From Octopus sinensis (taxonomy: Eukaryota): a stretch of DNA of 64,000 bases. This document shows, piece by piece, positions 11,891 to 25,830 of the stretch. The first letter of the stretch is position 1. The number at the start of each line of letters is the position of its first letter. Location of the stretch: contig NC_043017.1 of NCBI RefSeq assembly GCF_006345805.1, forward strand, positions 23,312,001 through 23,376,000. Direction: 5' to 3'. The notes under the pieces are model-generated. The model had not been told where the DNA came from. It searched no databases and saw only the letters and a list, made by a program, of their open reading frames with translations. Both the position numbers and the translations under genes were made by a program.

Positions 11891-12994
11891 TATAGGCTGT
11901 TGTTGACTATGGTTATGTTGATTGTGTTATGTGCTGTTGGTTATGTTGATGATATTTGAAATAGTACATAGTTTAGCCCAAGATCATCTGTGATCAAAGG
12001 CGTTCCAACTGTGATCATCCCGATTATGTTTCGTACAGAAAGTGGGTGAGAACAAAAGTGTAACAAATTCGTATTTGGGAAAAAATTTTTTTAATTCAGA
12101 ATTATTATTTCTGTTACATGAAATAGGAATATTGTGTGTGTGTGCGCGCATAAAGGTTAAATACTACTATTTTCTTTTCCCGTAAGGTAAGGGACTTCGA
12201 GGGACAGCTATTCCAAAACTCCGCCATGTTCTTTTTTAAAGACAGTAGCGTATGATTTAGTTGCTATTTCTAGCATGTATGACGATCATGTATTTCTGGT
12301 GAAGGTGGTAGTCATGATGACTGTTGTGGCGTTAGTTATATAGCGAATGAATATATTATTGTTTAACCTCTGGTCAGCCCTTAATTTTGCAGATCAAAAG
12401 AGTTCTCATTGCGAACGATATTTTTCTAGACAGTAACGTGTGATTTGAGAGGAAGTTGTTTATCTTGTAGCTTGGTCTTAAACAAGCCGACGTAATCAGA
12501 TGCTTTTCAGCCAGTAGCCCGTTTTTTTTTTACCCACCCCTCCCCGACTACATTATCCTATATGTTTCTGCATCGTTAACATACCTAAGGTGTGATTTTA
12601 GGGAGACTTGGCTGCTAGTTCTAGAAGGTAGACCAACCACATGTTATTGGTGGTGGTTGTTGCCGGTAGTTTATAGATAGTAATGGCAGTAGTAGTAGTG
12701 TTATAGAGTAGGCAGATTGCAATTTCAACTGTTCGTGTTCACATGTTGAGAAGGGGAGCGAGACGGTGAGGGAGAGCCATGCCGGTCGGCTAACGGCACG
12801 CCATTGTCTCAGGCGCTGCCGCCGTCACACTGTGACTGCATTTGCCGTATCGAGTCAAGCAAGCGGGTAACGCGGAAGTGGAAGTCTTCCTTTTAAACAT
12901 AGGAATGTAGGTCGCACATGCGAGCAGGCAGTTTTTTTTCCCTCACACTCGCCCTCCCGCCTCCTTCTGTCTGTCTGTCTATCTGTCTTTGTTT

Positions 12995-13077
12995 CCACTC
13001 TGTCATATATATATATATATATATATACATACACGCACATACACACATACGTAACAAGGGCATTTTTTTTGTCTACT

Positions 13078-13111
<34 letters not shown>

Positions 13112-13201
13112 GATATATATATATATAATATATACACATACACGCACATACACACATACGTAACAAGGGCATTTTTTTTGTCTACTGTGTGTGTGTGTGT
13201 G

Positions 13202-13252
<51 letters not shown>

Positions 13253-13314
13253 ATATATATATACACATACACGCACATACACACATACGTAACAAGGGCA
13301 TTTTTTTGTCTACT

Positions 13315-13360
<46 letters not shown>

Positions 13361-13390
13361 ATACACACGCACACACACATATACACACCT
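12995..13390. repeat. Compound minisatellite, 3 units of about 110-130 bp
   Basis: CACGCACATACACACATACGTAACAAGGGCATTTTTTTGTCTAC repeated three times (CGTAAC at 13050, 13159, 13288), separated by TG/TA tracts. Confidence 0.9.
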
Positions 13391-16300
13391 TACTTTTCTA
13401 TTACCGCTACTTGAGGCTTTTCTTGCACTGCTACAATCTATGTTTGCATGGATGACTTGCAACGTTGGCATTGTTGGTAATTCGTCTGGTATAGTGGCCT
13501 TCGCTGCTTTACCTGTGGAGCAAACTGTCTGTCTAGCCTTCTTTCTCTCCTCTTCCTCTTCCTCCTCCTCCTACCTTCTTGTTTTTCCTCTTTCCTTTCT
13601 TCAATTTTTTCGTGTGCAATTTTTAAATTTTCTCTTTCTCATTTCCTTTTTTTCATCCTGTTACCATCTCCTTGGAAGAGTAATAGCCGAGCCGAATCGG
13701 TAGAACAATCAAGCTAAATTAACCTTGCAATATAATTAAATATATAGTCAGGTCGAATTCTTTCAGAGTTGTTCAAATAAAGTACCTGTCAAGTATTGGA
13801 TGGAAGTGGCGGTGTCGATTTAATCGACAGTTCTCTCTATTCCACAAAATTTATGGCATTTGCTATGCGATATATTTATTTCTTTTAAAAGCTATGCGTC
13901 TCGGATTTATAGATTAGGGATTTTTGGAATTTTCAACATTCATGCCTTTCCGAATAGATTTAGCGAGTTTTGCGTTTTGTTTTCGGTTTGTCATCCCCTA
14001 AGTTTAATCTCATTTTCATCTTTAGTTCAAATTCTAGCAGTTTCAATTTGCTTTGAATACACCAGGGACGGGAAATGAATACCAGTAATATGATAGGGAA
14101 AAAGCGACAGTGTTATATACCCGTCCGCTTTCAAAACATAGCTTGCATGTCTGATTTTTAAAAAATCAATATTTATGAACTGAAGTAAAGAGTAATATAC
14201 ACTCATTCATATTACCAGATATAAGCATATACACGCGCGCACGCCGCACGCACACACAAAACTCACTCTCTTTATTCCCCTCTCTCTCCCTCTCTCTCTC
14301 ACTCTCAGACACACACATCTAGACACGCAGATTCAGCAGCAAATGCGTACATCTGTACTAAATCAAGCACGAACAGAGGCGCGCACACACGGACACAGCT
14401 ACTCACATTCATATACATACACATAGTTACATGCATGTATACATAGACAGTAGACGGACATATGTACTCAGGTGCGCTTGCGCGCGTGTATACGACTTGT
14501 GTATGTTTCAACGTGTTTGTTCGTGTATATATATCAGCGTGTGTTTAAATTATATTACGTTTCCAGACATGTAGTGATATTTATTTTCCCCCATCTTTCC
14601 TTATCGCTTTTTATCTATCTGTCTGTCTATCTATCTATCTATCTATCTATCTTTTTATCTAATCAAGTGTCTGTTGGATGCGTTAAAACTCATTCTTGGA
14701 ACTGTTCAGAAAGCTCAACTGACAACCACCTCTCCGTCACTTGTCAATTGATCACTCGACCACATCGTGTTATTTCATATACGACTAGCTTTATATTACG
14801 CAACTGAACACATATTAGAATCATACATTAGACAGGCTTGTATTACACGCACATACATTACTACTTGGATCACACGAATATGTAGTCTTATGACATAACC
14901 AGACTGTCCTTGTTTCTTATATTACTTAAACACACCATACAAGCCAATATGGAAATAGACTTAAATAAATAATATATGATATAATAGAAATATCATCAGG
15001 GATAGCGTTAAAAAATATATGTATATCCACAACAAATTTTTGCCTATCAGAGTCCCCATATTATGCTATGTTTATACAACGATACAGAGACATGTTATCA
15101 AAACTATACTTACTACGCAACTTATTAAATACATAATACATACCATCTTAAAGAAGGAAGGACACTGAGAAATGTAGTTATAGATGTTTGTCAGGCCAAA
15201 CTCAAGAGGTGCATGGTTGGAATGCCTTTGATATAGATCTGCATGATCAAGACTGACCTGGGGTTAAGTAACGAAAGAATCTTTGTTGTCGCACGACCTG
15301 CAGAAATAGCAGTCAACTCGCTCCCACATTTTACGCTGCTGTCTTAAAGAAGACGAAGGCACATTTGATAATGTAGTCCTCGATACACTTGCACTATTTG
15401 AAGACAACGGGATGATCACAGCTAAAATGCGTCTTGATCAGGGATGACTTGAAGCTAGACAACATTAAATAACGAGTCAATGAGGGAGCCTTTATATCAC
15501 CACATAGACTTGCTAGAAATAGCAACCAAAACTTTGAGATCATATTGTACACATTGTGTAATGTACTTCCAGATATCCATAAAAAGACATGATGGTAACG
15601 GCTGGAACGCCTTTGGTCGTAGGTCTGCTCAATCAGGACTGATTAAATAAACTATACAACATATTGAGTAATCGCTATAGTAGACTATAATAATAACTAG
15701 ACGAACATAGCATTAAACTGTTAAGCCGTATATATCATAAAACCACTAGACGTACATTAATAATTAGTTATTACTTTTAACATGTTGCGTCACTGAAGAC
15801 TGTCTTTTAGATTCGCTTGTGCTCACATTTTCTGGCGAACAAATTCTGTTTATTTCTAAAGACTTCCCCCGTTGTAGGTGAAGTTGACAGACGTAAACAA
15901 ACAAAACTGAACCAAAATATGAAGGAAACATTGCAACTGAGGGATGTTACCCAATCAATATTGAGCAATATATTAGGGTTATATCACAAACAGGATTCTA
16001 CATCTCACATACTCTCTACTAGATCCATACGGTAACTTTTAAACTGGCATCATACATTTACTAAGACTTATATTATTACCCAACACTCATAAATGGAATA
16101 AGCTCAGTCGAGACAGTTGACACCTCTCACTTGCAAAATGTTTTTCACGTTTTGGTATTAAGAAACAAAACCAAATCTTTTGCCGTTACCATACGAGGCT
16201 TAACAATAAAATAAGCCCTTGGAAGAAAATTAGTCTAATATAGCACAAATAGATCCCAAGACGTTTGAGGATTCAAGTGATTATAAATATTTTTTTAAAT

Positions 16301-17907
16301 TTAAGACAGCTTGTTTTACATAGTCATTCTATAAATTTGTATCACACAGCAAATCAAGTTAATATCATGCATGTCAGAAAAGTTTATATATGATGACCGA
16401 ACCATCTGTCTTTTTGTTTTATTTTATCTCACAACCAGACATGTTACACAACTACCTGATATATATATATATATATATTCAATTTCATAATTTCAGACAT
16501 ACTTGTATATTATTTCAAGTAGGCTAGTATCGCACTCGTATCACATGCAGACTACCAAGCAGACGTATATCTACCAGACAGGCATAATAATACAAACCAG
16601 TTTGGTTTTCTCATTGTAATACCAAGAGGCTAATTTATATTTTATTTATTTATTTATTATTCTATTTTCTCCAGAATAATTCGGGCGCTGGTACATACAT
16701 AAACATACATAATATCACGTATTTTTATTAAAGAATAGAAGTTTGGAAATATTGTTTTTCATTTTTCCTTGTATGTACGTGTATATTCATTCATAATGTG
16801 TTAATCAGTTTCTGACTGACGGTGTCTTCAGGCAAGGCATGATCAATGCTGTCTGAATTTAAGATTTCACGATATTTCATTGTGTGTAGCGAGGGTGACC
16901 TGACTTGCTTAAAAGGAAAAGAAAAGGAGCCCATTCGAAGCAACCTGTACACAGTCGCTTGGCCTGATGGAAATATCTCACAAACGATACCTTAACCACC
17001 TTAAAAAAGAAAACATTAGACAATGAAATCCGAGGTATTCCCCAAAAGACATGGTCATACCTGGAACACCTTTGATTACAATTCTGTTCAATCAGGTTTG
17101 GCCTTGAGGTTAAATAACAAGGTACACACAAATAAACTTCGGATGTTATTGTTTAACCCCAAGTCAAATCTGATTAAGTAAACCTGATCAAAGGGGTTTC
17201 TTCCGTAGCTATTCCCACTTTTTTTTTCGGAGTACCTTGGACTACATTATCAAATGTGTCCTTCCTCTTTTACAACAGTTGGGCATGATCTGAAAATTTA
17301 CCTGTTATTAATAGCAGATCAAGGGGCCTTCTTTGAGAGTCACAAAGTATCACCTTATTGAAATCCTCATATTTTTGTACTAATGCAGAAGTCTACGGTA
17401 AAAAATTAAAGCTTGGTTATTTACTCTTTTATATTAATTATTATGAAAAGCAAAAGATACTCAGCCAATATAAACCGCACATAAAATGCCTGAAAGTCTC
17501 CAAATCAGCACTGGTTGCGCAGACCTGAGTAACGAGATCTCAGCGTAACTGTGTACTCCGGGTTACATTATCCAATACTACTAGTATTATAAGATGGTCA
17601 GGGTTTATTTGAGAATGATTTCTCGCTGGTCGTTGGTTCGAGCCCTGCAGTTTCACCACCCCTTATACATAATGTATTCTGTTGTTTAATAACAAGATTA
17701 GCGTTAACAGAATAGACTTATGATTTAACCACGTTTTAGTTGACCATCCCATCATTCTCTTACACGTCATATATCTTGTGCTACGTTATCCAATGTCTCA
17801 TTTTCTGTAAAGATAGTGCGTGATTTTAGGCTGAGGCTCCCCCGGTGGCTCGATGTAGGAAAAGTGTGTGTGTGTGTGGTATGCCTACGTGATTTTTGTT
17901 TCTTATT

Positions 17908-18298
17908 TTTTTACTGCCCACAAGGGGCCACACACAGAGGGGACAAACTAGGGCAGACGAACGGATTAAGTCGATTATATTATATTATTTAATCGACCCC
18001 GAAAGGATGAAAGGCAAAGTCGACCTCGGCGGAATTTGAACTCAGAACGTAGCGGCAGACGAAATACCTATTTCTTTATTACCCACAAGGGGCTAAACAT
18101 AGAAGGGACAAACAAGGACAGACATAGGTATTAAGTCGATTACATCGACCCCAGTGCGTAGCTGGTACTTATTTAATCGACTCCGAAAGGATGAAAGGCA
18201 AAGTCGACCTCGGCGGAATTTGAACTCAGAACGTAACGGCAGACGAAATACCGCAAAGCATTTCGCCCGGCGTGCTAACGTTTCTGCCAGCTCACCGC
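17908..18298 (-). mobile_element. SINE family B, tandem dimer
   Basis: Reverse complement of GGCGAGCTGGCAGAAACGTTAGCACGCCGGGCGAAATGC...GAGTTCAAATTCCGCCGAGGTCGACTTTGCCTTTCATCCTTTCGGGGTCGATAAA with the body duplicated. Confidence 0.9.
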
Positions 18299-18349
18299 TT
18301 TGTGATTTTTGTTTCTGTTGGTCATTGAGCAGTAGTAGTACTTAACTGG

Positions 18350-19195
18350 AATGTGTCCGTTAATTATGAGATGTCAAGTCAAGTGTCTCTTCTTTGCTGT
18401 CCTAGGTGCCAATGTGTGTTGTAGCAGTACGCCATTGTGGGCATCACTTAAGCCTTGTAGAGTATCAGCGGCTGTTGGAGACTGAAATTTCTTCTGACTC
18501 TAAAGAGACTGGTTAGACTTTGCAATGCGATCCTAGCTATGCTAAAGATGTGCGTTAGCCAGGCGAGATCCTCGTTGACAGTGAGACCTAACATTTGCCG
18601 CAACTGTGAAAGTGCTGATCATGATTAGAGGGAATGTGATAGGGCTTAGGATGGGGGAACTCTTTTTTAAAAAATTTTCTCTCGGCATGGACTCACTGGA
18701 GGATGCTCATAAGCCCTCCATGTATGGACTCAATACAGGTTTGGCGCGTGATATCTAGTTTGCGTGTAGATGATGCATGGTTAGGGAGGAGTGAAGGATT
18801 GTGTCATCGACATAAGAGTGGTTGTTGAATATAGTGATAAGTCGGTCTATGACGGACAGAACCGAATTGTTGGGAACATCAGAGTTGACTGAAAATGGAA
18901 CTTAGAGAGAGCACTGCCAACACATGCCGCAATCGTGCGATTTGATACAAAGCTATCGATCCAAGAGATGAAAAATGGGTAGAGCCCATAGGCGGGAAGT
19001 TTTGATACGAGATTTGGATGTCAGATACGGTTGAAAGCTTTGCTGATGTTTATAGCAACAACATTGGTTTCTCTGAATTTCTTTAAAGTGAGAGCCCACT
19101 GATGAGTGACATAAGAGAGTAGGTGTCCAGTAGATCTGGTTCCGCGGAACCTGTATTGGTGGTTCCCGAGAAAGTGGGAATTAAGATGATGGTAA
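18350..19195 (-). pseudogene. Non-LTR retrotransposon reverse transcriptase fragment (CR1/L2/Jockey-like)
   Basis: Minus strand reads HQYRFRGTRSTGHLLSYVTHQWALTLKKFRETNVVAINISKAFNRI..HPNLVSKLPAYGLYPFFISWIDSFVSNRTIAA, matching QYGFR.GRST..DISKAFD.V.H..LL.KL..YG; disrupted further downstream. Confidence 0.8.
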
Positions 19196-19203
19196 GCATC
19201 ATT

Positions 19204-19266
<63 letters not shown>

Positions 19267-19376
19267 AACACAAGTTGTCCTGAAAGTAATGCGAAAGTGG
19301 ACATAGATTGTTCACATTGTTCATGTTCGTAGAGTAACTCTTCTACACAAGGGTACTACCAACGTAGTCCCCGTTA

Positions 19377-20400
19377 CGAGCGATGCATTTGCGCCATCGA
19401 TTAACACAACTCTCGAATTGTCTTAGAAAAAAATATAGGCGTGCAGTATTGTACATTCTTCACAGCTACCCTCGCTTCCATTTTGTCATCAAATCGTTGT
19501 TCCTATAGAAAGTTCCTCATTGGATCGAGCTTTGGACGTAGGAGGGTGCCAGATCTGATCTTGATGGCGGACTAATGACCAGTCCAATTTGCCGATTGCC
19601 TTATTTCTTGCCAAAAATCTGTGTGGTTACTTAGTGATTTGGTCTCTTCTCTAAGCTTTTCGAGTGTCTCGATGTACCATTCACTGTTCAGGGAATAGGC
19701 ACATTCCAGAAAATTGAAAACCGTGACGCCTTTGTCATCTCCGAAAACAGTCAATGATACTTTCTGTGCCGTTGCTGGAGAAGAGATGCATTACCTTCGT
19801 TTCCGGACCATAAAGATACAGCTACATTTCATCTCCTGTCACAGGATCGGGGGAAATAAATCCTGCCTTCATCAGGTTCAAATGCTTCTACCCTTTCCTT
19901 CTTCAAATCGGATGTCATCTGCCTAGGTACCCAACTTGGCACACACCTTCTGATACCTAGTCTTCCACCATTTTCTGTAACGCATTGACTACAGTCCACT
20001 TGTACAGCAAGCTCAGTCTGTCTGCGCGAATCACTTCGTCCTCTTGTTGGCAATTCATGTCAGTAGTCGCAGCTGATGATCCCCACTGCGTGGTTTGTCC
20101 TTAATATTGATTTTTTTTTTATTTATCGTCTTTAAACCTCTTCATCTAACTGCTCACATTGCTCTTACCAATGGTGTTATCTCTCAGCAACTTGTAGCTT
20201 ACTGTAGATGTCGGACAGCCTGAACCCCCTCCTTCGTCAACAATTCAATGACAGCAAGCTGCTTCTGCTTGAAACCCATTTACCTGCACTGAAAAACAAA
20301 AAAAGATACTATAGAGGAAGTGTTACTCCAAGAACATGTGCAATTTGAATTACCTGTGTCAGTTAATGCCGCGTTTACATTACTTTCGGGACAACCCTCG
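19377..20400 (-). pseudogene. Decayed mariner transposon
   Basis: Right end reads TA-CGAGGGTTGTCCCGAAAGTAATG on the minus strand (mariner-type TIR + TA). Fragments MGFKQKQLAVIELLTKE and AQKVSLTVFGDDKGVTVFNFLECAYSLNSEWYIETLEKLRE resemble GKVMLTVFWD.KG. Left end uncertain. Confidence 0.8.
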
Positions 20401-20814
20401 TATGTATGTATGTATGCATGCATTTAATAACTTAAAGATGATAGCAACAGGTATGTTTTTGATCACAGGTCTGCTTGATCAGGACTGACTTAGTGCTAGA
20501 CAAAACAGCCAATTCTAAGATGTGATATATTCTTAAAGGACAATAAATGCTAACTTCTAAGAGAGAGCTTTTATGTGTGTGCGAGAGAGAGAGGGGGGAG
20601 AGACAGACAGACAGATACAAAGAGAGAGAGAGAGACAGTGCAATAGATGACGAAGGAATTTCGTGTTTCAAATGCTAAGTCTGAGTCTTTTGACAGCAAA
20701 TCATTGCTTTATTTCTAATACTATATTTGCAGTCACGAAGTATTATAACAAGCTTAATTATTGCTATAACCTTGGGCAATACCTACCTAATACTATAGTC
20801 TTTGTTAATCTACT

Positions 20815-21025
20815 TCATATATATATATATATTGGTGTTATATATATATGTGTATATATGTATGTATGTATATATGTATATATGTATGTATATGTGTATG
20901 TGTATGTATATATGTATGTATATATGTATATATATATGTATGTATATATGTATATATATATATAAACATACACACATACATACATATATACAAACACATA
21001 CATACATTTGCATGTGTGTGTGCAC
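20815..21025. repeat. TA/TG compound microsatellite
   Basis: Direct inspection. Confidence 0.9.
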
Positions 21026-21771
21026 ACTCATGTATTTCGTTCGTTAATTTGAATACTTCGTCTTCAAAGTTTAAAAGTAATATTTGTTCTGATCCATTTC
21101 CTCTCCTGACATCTCTGCCTTCGTGCCTTTGTGATGCTCCTACCTTCACAAACTTTCTCCCATTGCACCTGTCATTGTTTTTATCTCTTGGTGATTTAAA
21201 TCAATCTTAGAGAAGTGTGGTTATCTTACTATTTTAATTTAATTTTATTTATTTATTATTTATTTATTTAAAAAGCATATTTTTAAATCTTGTCTTGGAA
21301 AATAGCTTCTGCGTAGTCAAGACAAAAAAAAATGTCTCTTTTGTTAATTGGATTAAAAATAAAACATATCTTAATAACATTGTTTACTTTTCGTGGCGAA
21401 GCTAAAAATGAGTTTACTAAAAACAAACCCCTGTGTGTTTACTTTTACATCTATCATTATCCTAACGCCTGGAAGTAGGTGGAATCTTCAGAGTGAAGGA
21501 CAAAATGACTGTTATATTTAGTTATGACCAGTACATTCTGCGGTCGAGTTTACCTTTCATCCATTAGGGGTCGATAAAAAATGTACCAATCAAATACCGG
21601 TCTCCTCACTCCACCAAAAAAAAAAAAAGGAAAAAAACATCTGACAATGTGCCTATGCAGAAATATACATGACGTTTGTCATCCTTTCTCTGATTTTAAT
21701 TCAATCTATCTCCACTTCTCTCCGAATGCTTATCATTCTTGTTCCTTATCCCCTCTAAATCCTTTTCTACT

Positions 21772-21972
21772 TTAGGCACAAGGCCCGAAATTTTGGGGTA
21801 GGGGGCCAGTTGATTAGATCGACCCCAGTGCACAACTGGTACTTAATTTATCGACCCCGAAAGGATGAAAGGCAAAGTCGACCTCGGCGGAGTTTGAACT
21901 CAGAACGTAAAGACAGACGAAATGCTGCTAAGGATTTCGCCCGGCGTGCAAACGTTTCTGCCAGCTCGCCGC
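21772..21972 (-). mobile_element. SINE family B (AGGCC-type alternative tail)
   Basis: Family B body with the tail variant TTTAGGCACAAGGCCCGAAATTTTGGGG as read on the plus strand. Confidence 0.85.
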
Positions 21973-22584
21973 CCATATCCCCTCTAAATCCATCGTTACA
22001 TCTCTCATATCTGACTTTGTCTTTCTAAATCTCTTCCTCCTATGCCCTTCCCTACTGCCCGTTTTTCTCTGTTTCTCCCCTTTTCTGTTTTAATTCTCTA
22101 TTCTACTTTACCCCACCTCCTCACATTTGTTATCTGTTCCTATCTTGATATATGTTTGCTACTACTACTAGTGTCCGCTGTTTATGTTTACGTTGTTGTT
22201 CGTCCCCTTGTCAAACTTGATCGAGCAGATCTATGAACGAAAGCGTACTAACCGTGACAATCCTGTATTTTTTGATACTTTGGACCACAATATCCAATGT
22301 TGTAATTTTCCATCAAGATGGCAAGGTGTAATTTTTGAGAATTTGGTCATTCTATCCTGTTGTGTTTATGAGTCGTGTAATCCGTCTGTATTTGATGTTT
22401 TCTTCTCCCTCTCTTTTAACTGTTTAATCTCCTTCTTTAAATGATAGGACCCCCCTCCACCTTTTATTTATCTGTCTTTTGTTTTCTCGTGTATTAAACT
22501 GTCTATCCACTCGCTTTCTGTCCACTTTGCACCTCCATCTTCCTGTCATAGTTTTCTCCTTTGTTGACACACACACACACTCTT

Positions 22585-22630
<46 letters not shown>

Positions 22631-22984
22631 TTCTTCCTCACACTCCACTCTCAGTGCTTACCGTTCTCTTTTCCTCTCACCACCAAATCTACATCTCCTC
22701 CACCTCTCATCAATCCCACATTATTTATCTCGAGACAATGAGATCCCTCTATCGTTTTAAAAGAAACATTGAATAATGTCGTCCCTGACGGGGGTGGTTA
22801 CGGCTGGAACGCCTTTCAGCAATCAGGGATTACTTAGTTCTAAACATGTTTCTCCCTCCTCCCTTTGTGTCCTCTTTCTCATCTCTTGTCATTCCTTTTC
22901 CTTGTTTCTAGTCTTTTTATCAGTACTTTTTCGTTCACCACTCTCTCTCTCTTCCATATTTCCTGTCTTTGTTTCCTCTACACT

Positions 22985-23103
22985 GTCTTTTTCATCCTCT
23001 CTCTCTTTGTCTAGTTATTCTCCTCCACTCAAACTGTTTTTCATTTTCTACTCTCTCTTTCTCTCTCTCTCTCTCTTTCTCTCTCTTTTTCTCTCTCTCT
23101 CTT

Positions 23104-23134
<31 letters not shown>

Positions 23135-23139
23135 TTCCC

Positions 23140-23170
<31 letters not shown>

Positions 23171-23183
23171 CTTTCTCTCTCTT

Positions 23184-23214
<31 letters not shown>

Positions 23215-23220
23215 TCTCTC

Positions 23221-23262
<42 letters not shown>
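22985..23262. repeat. (CT)n/(CTTT) microsatellite
   Basis: About 270-bp pyrimidine tract; another at 22570-22630. Confidence 0.95.
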
Positions 23263-23265
<3 letters not shown>

Positions 23266-23895
23266 CATTTATCGCATTTACATTTCTATGGTGGTGGGGT
23301 ATTATTGCCTCTAAACATTCTGAGTTCATAACCCCTGGAGTTGATTAAGCTTTGAATCGACTGTTTACTTCCCTGTAAATTTGCCGTAGTAGTAATTGTT
23401 TCGTTCTCTGACAGTTTTGATCGAAGCGACTTATGATCAAAATCGTTCAATCATGACCATGCTGGCTTCTTCAGGCATAACGCATCCAAGACTACATTAT
23501 ATCATATCCGTTATTTAAAAAAAATGTAGGATGTGATTGGAGGAAGATTTGGCTTATAATTCTAGTAGATCGAATGACTGCTTAAAGTTTCAGTCGTTAA
23601 CTTATGTAAATTCGTAGTTATTTAGCTCTTAGTCGATCAAACCTAGCTCTTTTGTTTATATAGGACAACATAGTCGATCGTATCCTTCCTTTGTTTTAAA
23701 ACGTATGTTTGATTTTGATGGAAAATTCGAGCGATCGCGTAGAGTCAACTTCGTCGAGTGTTACATTTATATATCTAGCTATGTCTCAAGCACTATGAGG
23801 TGTTGATATAGCTATAGTTATTGGTTGTTATTTATTGTCAGAAGACCCTTTAAAATGTGTAGGTTGGATTTATTTTATTGTAAATAACTATATGT

Positions 23896-24278
23896 AGGAG
23901 TGGCTGTGTGGTAAGTAGCTTGCTAACCAACCACATGGTTCGGGGTTCAGTCCCACTGCGTGGCACCTTGGGCAAGTGTCTTCTACTATAGCCTCGGGCC
24001 GACCAAAGCCTTGTGAGTGGATTTGGTAGACGGAAACTGAAAGAAGCCCGTCGTATATATGTATATATATATGCGTGTGTGTGTTTGTGTGTCTGTGTTT
24101 GTCCCCCTAGCATTGCTTGACAACCGATGCTGGTGTGTTTATGTCCCCGTTACTTAGCGGTTCGGCAAAAGAGACCGATAGAATAAGTACTGGGCTTACA
24201 AAAGAATAAGTCCCGGGGTTAAAAAAGGCGGTGCTCCAGCATGGCCGCAGTCAAATGACTGAAACAAGTAAAAGAGTA
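23896..24278 (+). mobile_element. SINE family A
   Basis: Near full-length, high identity to the copies at 28150 and 39349. Confidence 0.9.
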
Positions 24279-25671
24279 TATATGTGGATATTTCTAACAA
24301 CCACTGTGTTGCAAGTTTTTGAGAATCAAAAAGTGACCGGATTTTTAGAAAACTTTTGCGTTTTTAATTCTTGCACCGATCCAAAGGAATTATTTTACAG
24401 CAAAGTGCAATGCATGTTTCCATCGCTGATCTAAAACAATTTTTATTCTAATTTTCATACAAAAAAACTTCTGAAAAGCTGCTGTTGTGATTTTACATCG
24501 TTAGCGCCTCCTTATTCAGCGTGCCGGGTCGAATATCACTGCCTATACATATATGCAATATGATATTTAGTGCCACCAGTACCACTGTACTCCACTTCCT
24601 TACTTTGAAGAATGAGGAAATCTCTAAGTGGTCGCTCAATCTGCTAGAAATATCATCTAAATCTTTCTCTAATTACATCTGTCTGTCTTTCAAAAATGCT
24701 AATGACAAGTATATTGTCTGAGATAATAAATAGTCAGAAGATAGACGTCATGGTTTGCGTCTTGCTTAGAGTTAGACTAAATAATGTCAGTATTATTACA
24801 TAGACACTCCCAGCAGGGATTATTCATTTTCTAATGAATCATGGGTTCATTAAGCACAAGTTGTACAAGCTTCTGTATCTCCATTACATTATCATATGCA
24901 AGCCTGAGCATCCATCGTCCGATTTGCTAGAAATAGCAACCAAATCTCTTGAAAACGAGACATATTGGCTAAGTCATACATACATTGCAATGAAGACGGA
25001 GCGGACATAGTTGAAATACCTTTAATCATGTAGGTTTTGCTCATTCAGGACTAATCTGAGCTAAACAGCATCCTCATATGAGTGAACCCGTACGTGATCG
25101 CTCGACCTGCTAGAAATCTCCAACTTACAATTATCTCCTTCTTAAAGAAAGAAATAATACATTAATTAATATAATGCGTCAGCTCTAATGGGCGGGCTTT
25201 AATTTTCTCAAAATCTGGGTTCTGGTTTCAGAGATGTTCTTGTCTAGCTAGTGATTTGAGATGCAGTGGAATCTTTTCAGTGACCAAGTTAGTGCGACCA
25301 AAATTCTGACACCAAAATAAATGCTCAACCTAAGGGTCTTTGTGTGTTCTAAACGGATATGTGCCTTCCACGCTGTAATTGTTTTAGGTTCTGATTGTCC
25401 AGCATCTAGGTGAACTGCACTTGAGTACACCACTGAAAAATCATGTGCAGAGAATATGAGATTACAGTTCAATATGTTTTAGAGCTAAGATTAAAGCATT
25501 TCAGCAACATTATGTTGTATGTATGTAGCTTACGCAAATGTTATCTTTATTTCGTGATAGGGCTTGCTGTTAAACCCTAAATCAATGCTGAATTGTAAAA
25601 GTAAGAATCCTATTGAATATTGTATTAAAATATCAACGATTAGGTAAAGTAGAACCTCCTAACAAGCAAGG

Positions 25672-25830
25672 TGTGTTCTGTGTGCTAAGAAGTTTACTTC
25701 CCAGCCTCATGGTTCTGGGTTCAGTCCCACTGCACGGTACCTTGAGCAAGTGTGTTCTACTATAGCTTTGGACCGGCCAAAGGCTTGTGTATAGATTTGG
25801 TAGACGGAATCTGAAAGATGTTCGTCGTGT
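25672..25830 (+). mobile_element. SINE family A, 5' half, decayed
   Basis: CATGGTTCTGGGTTCAGTCCCACTGC..CTTGAGCAAGTGTGTTCTACTATAGC..GATTTGGTAGACGGAA. Confidence 0.75.

Noticed and set aside
22776-23348. 190-aa Ser/Leu-rich ORF and ER-rich antisense ORFs
   Set aside because: Translation of a (CT)n tract.
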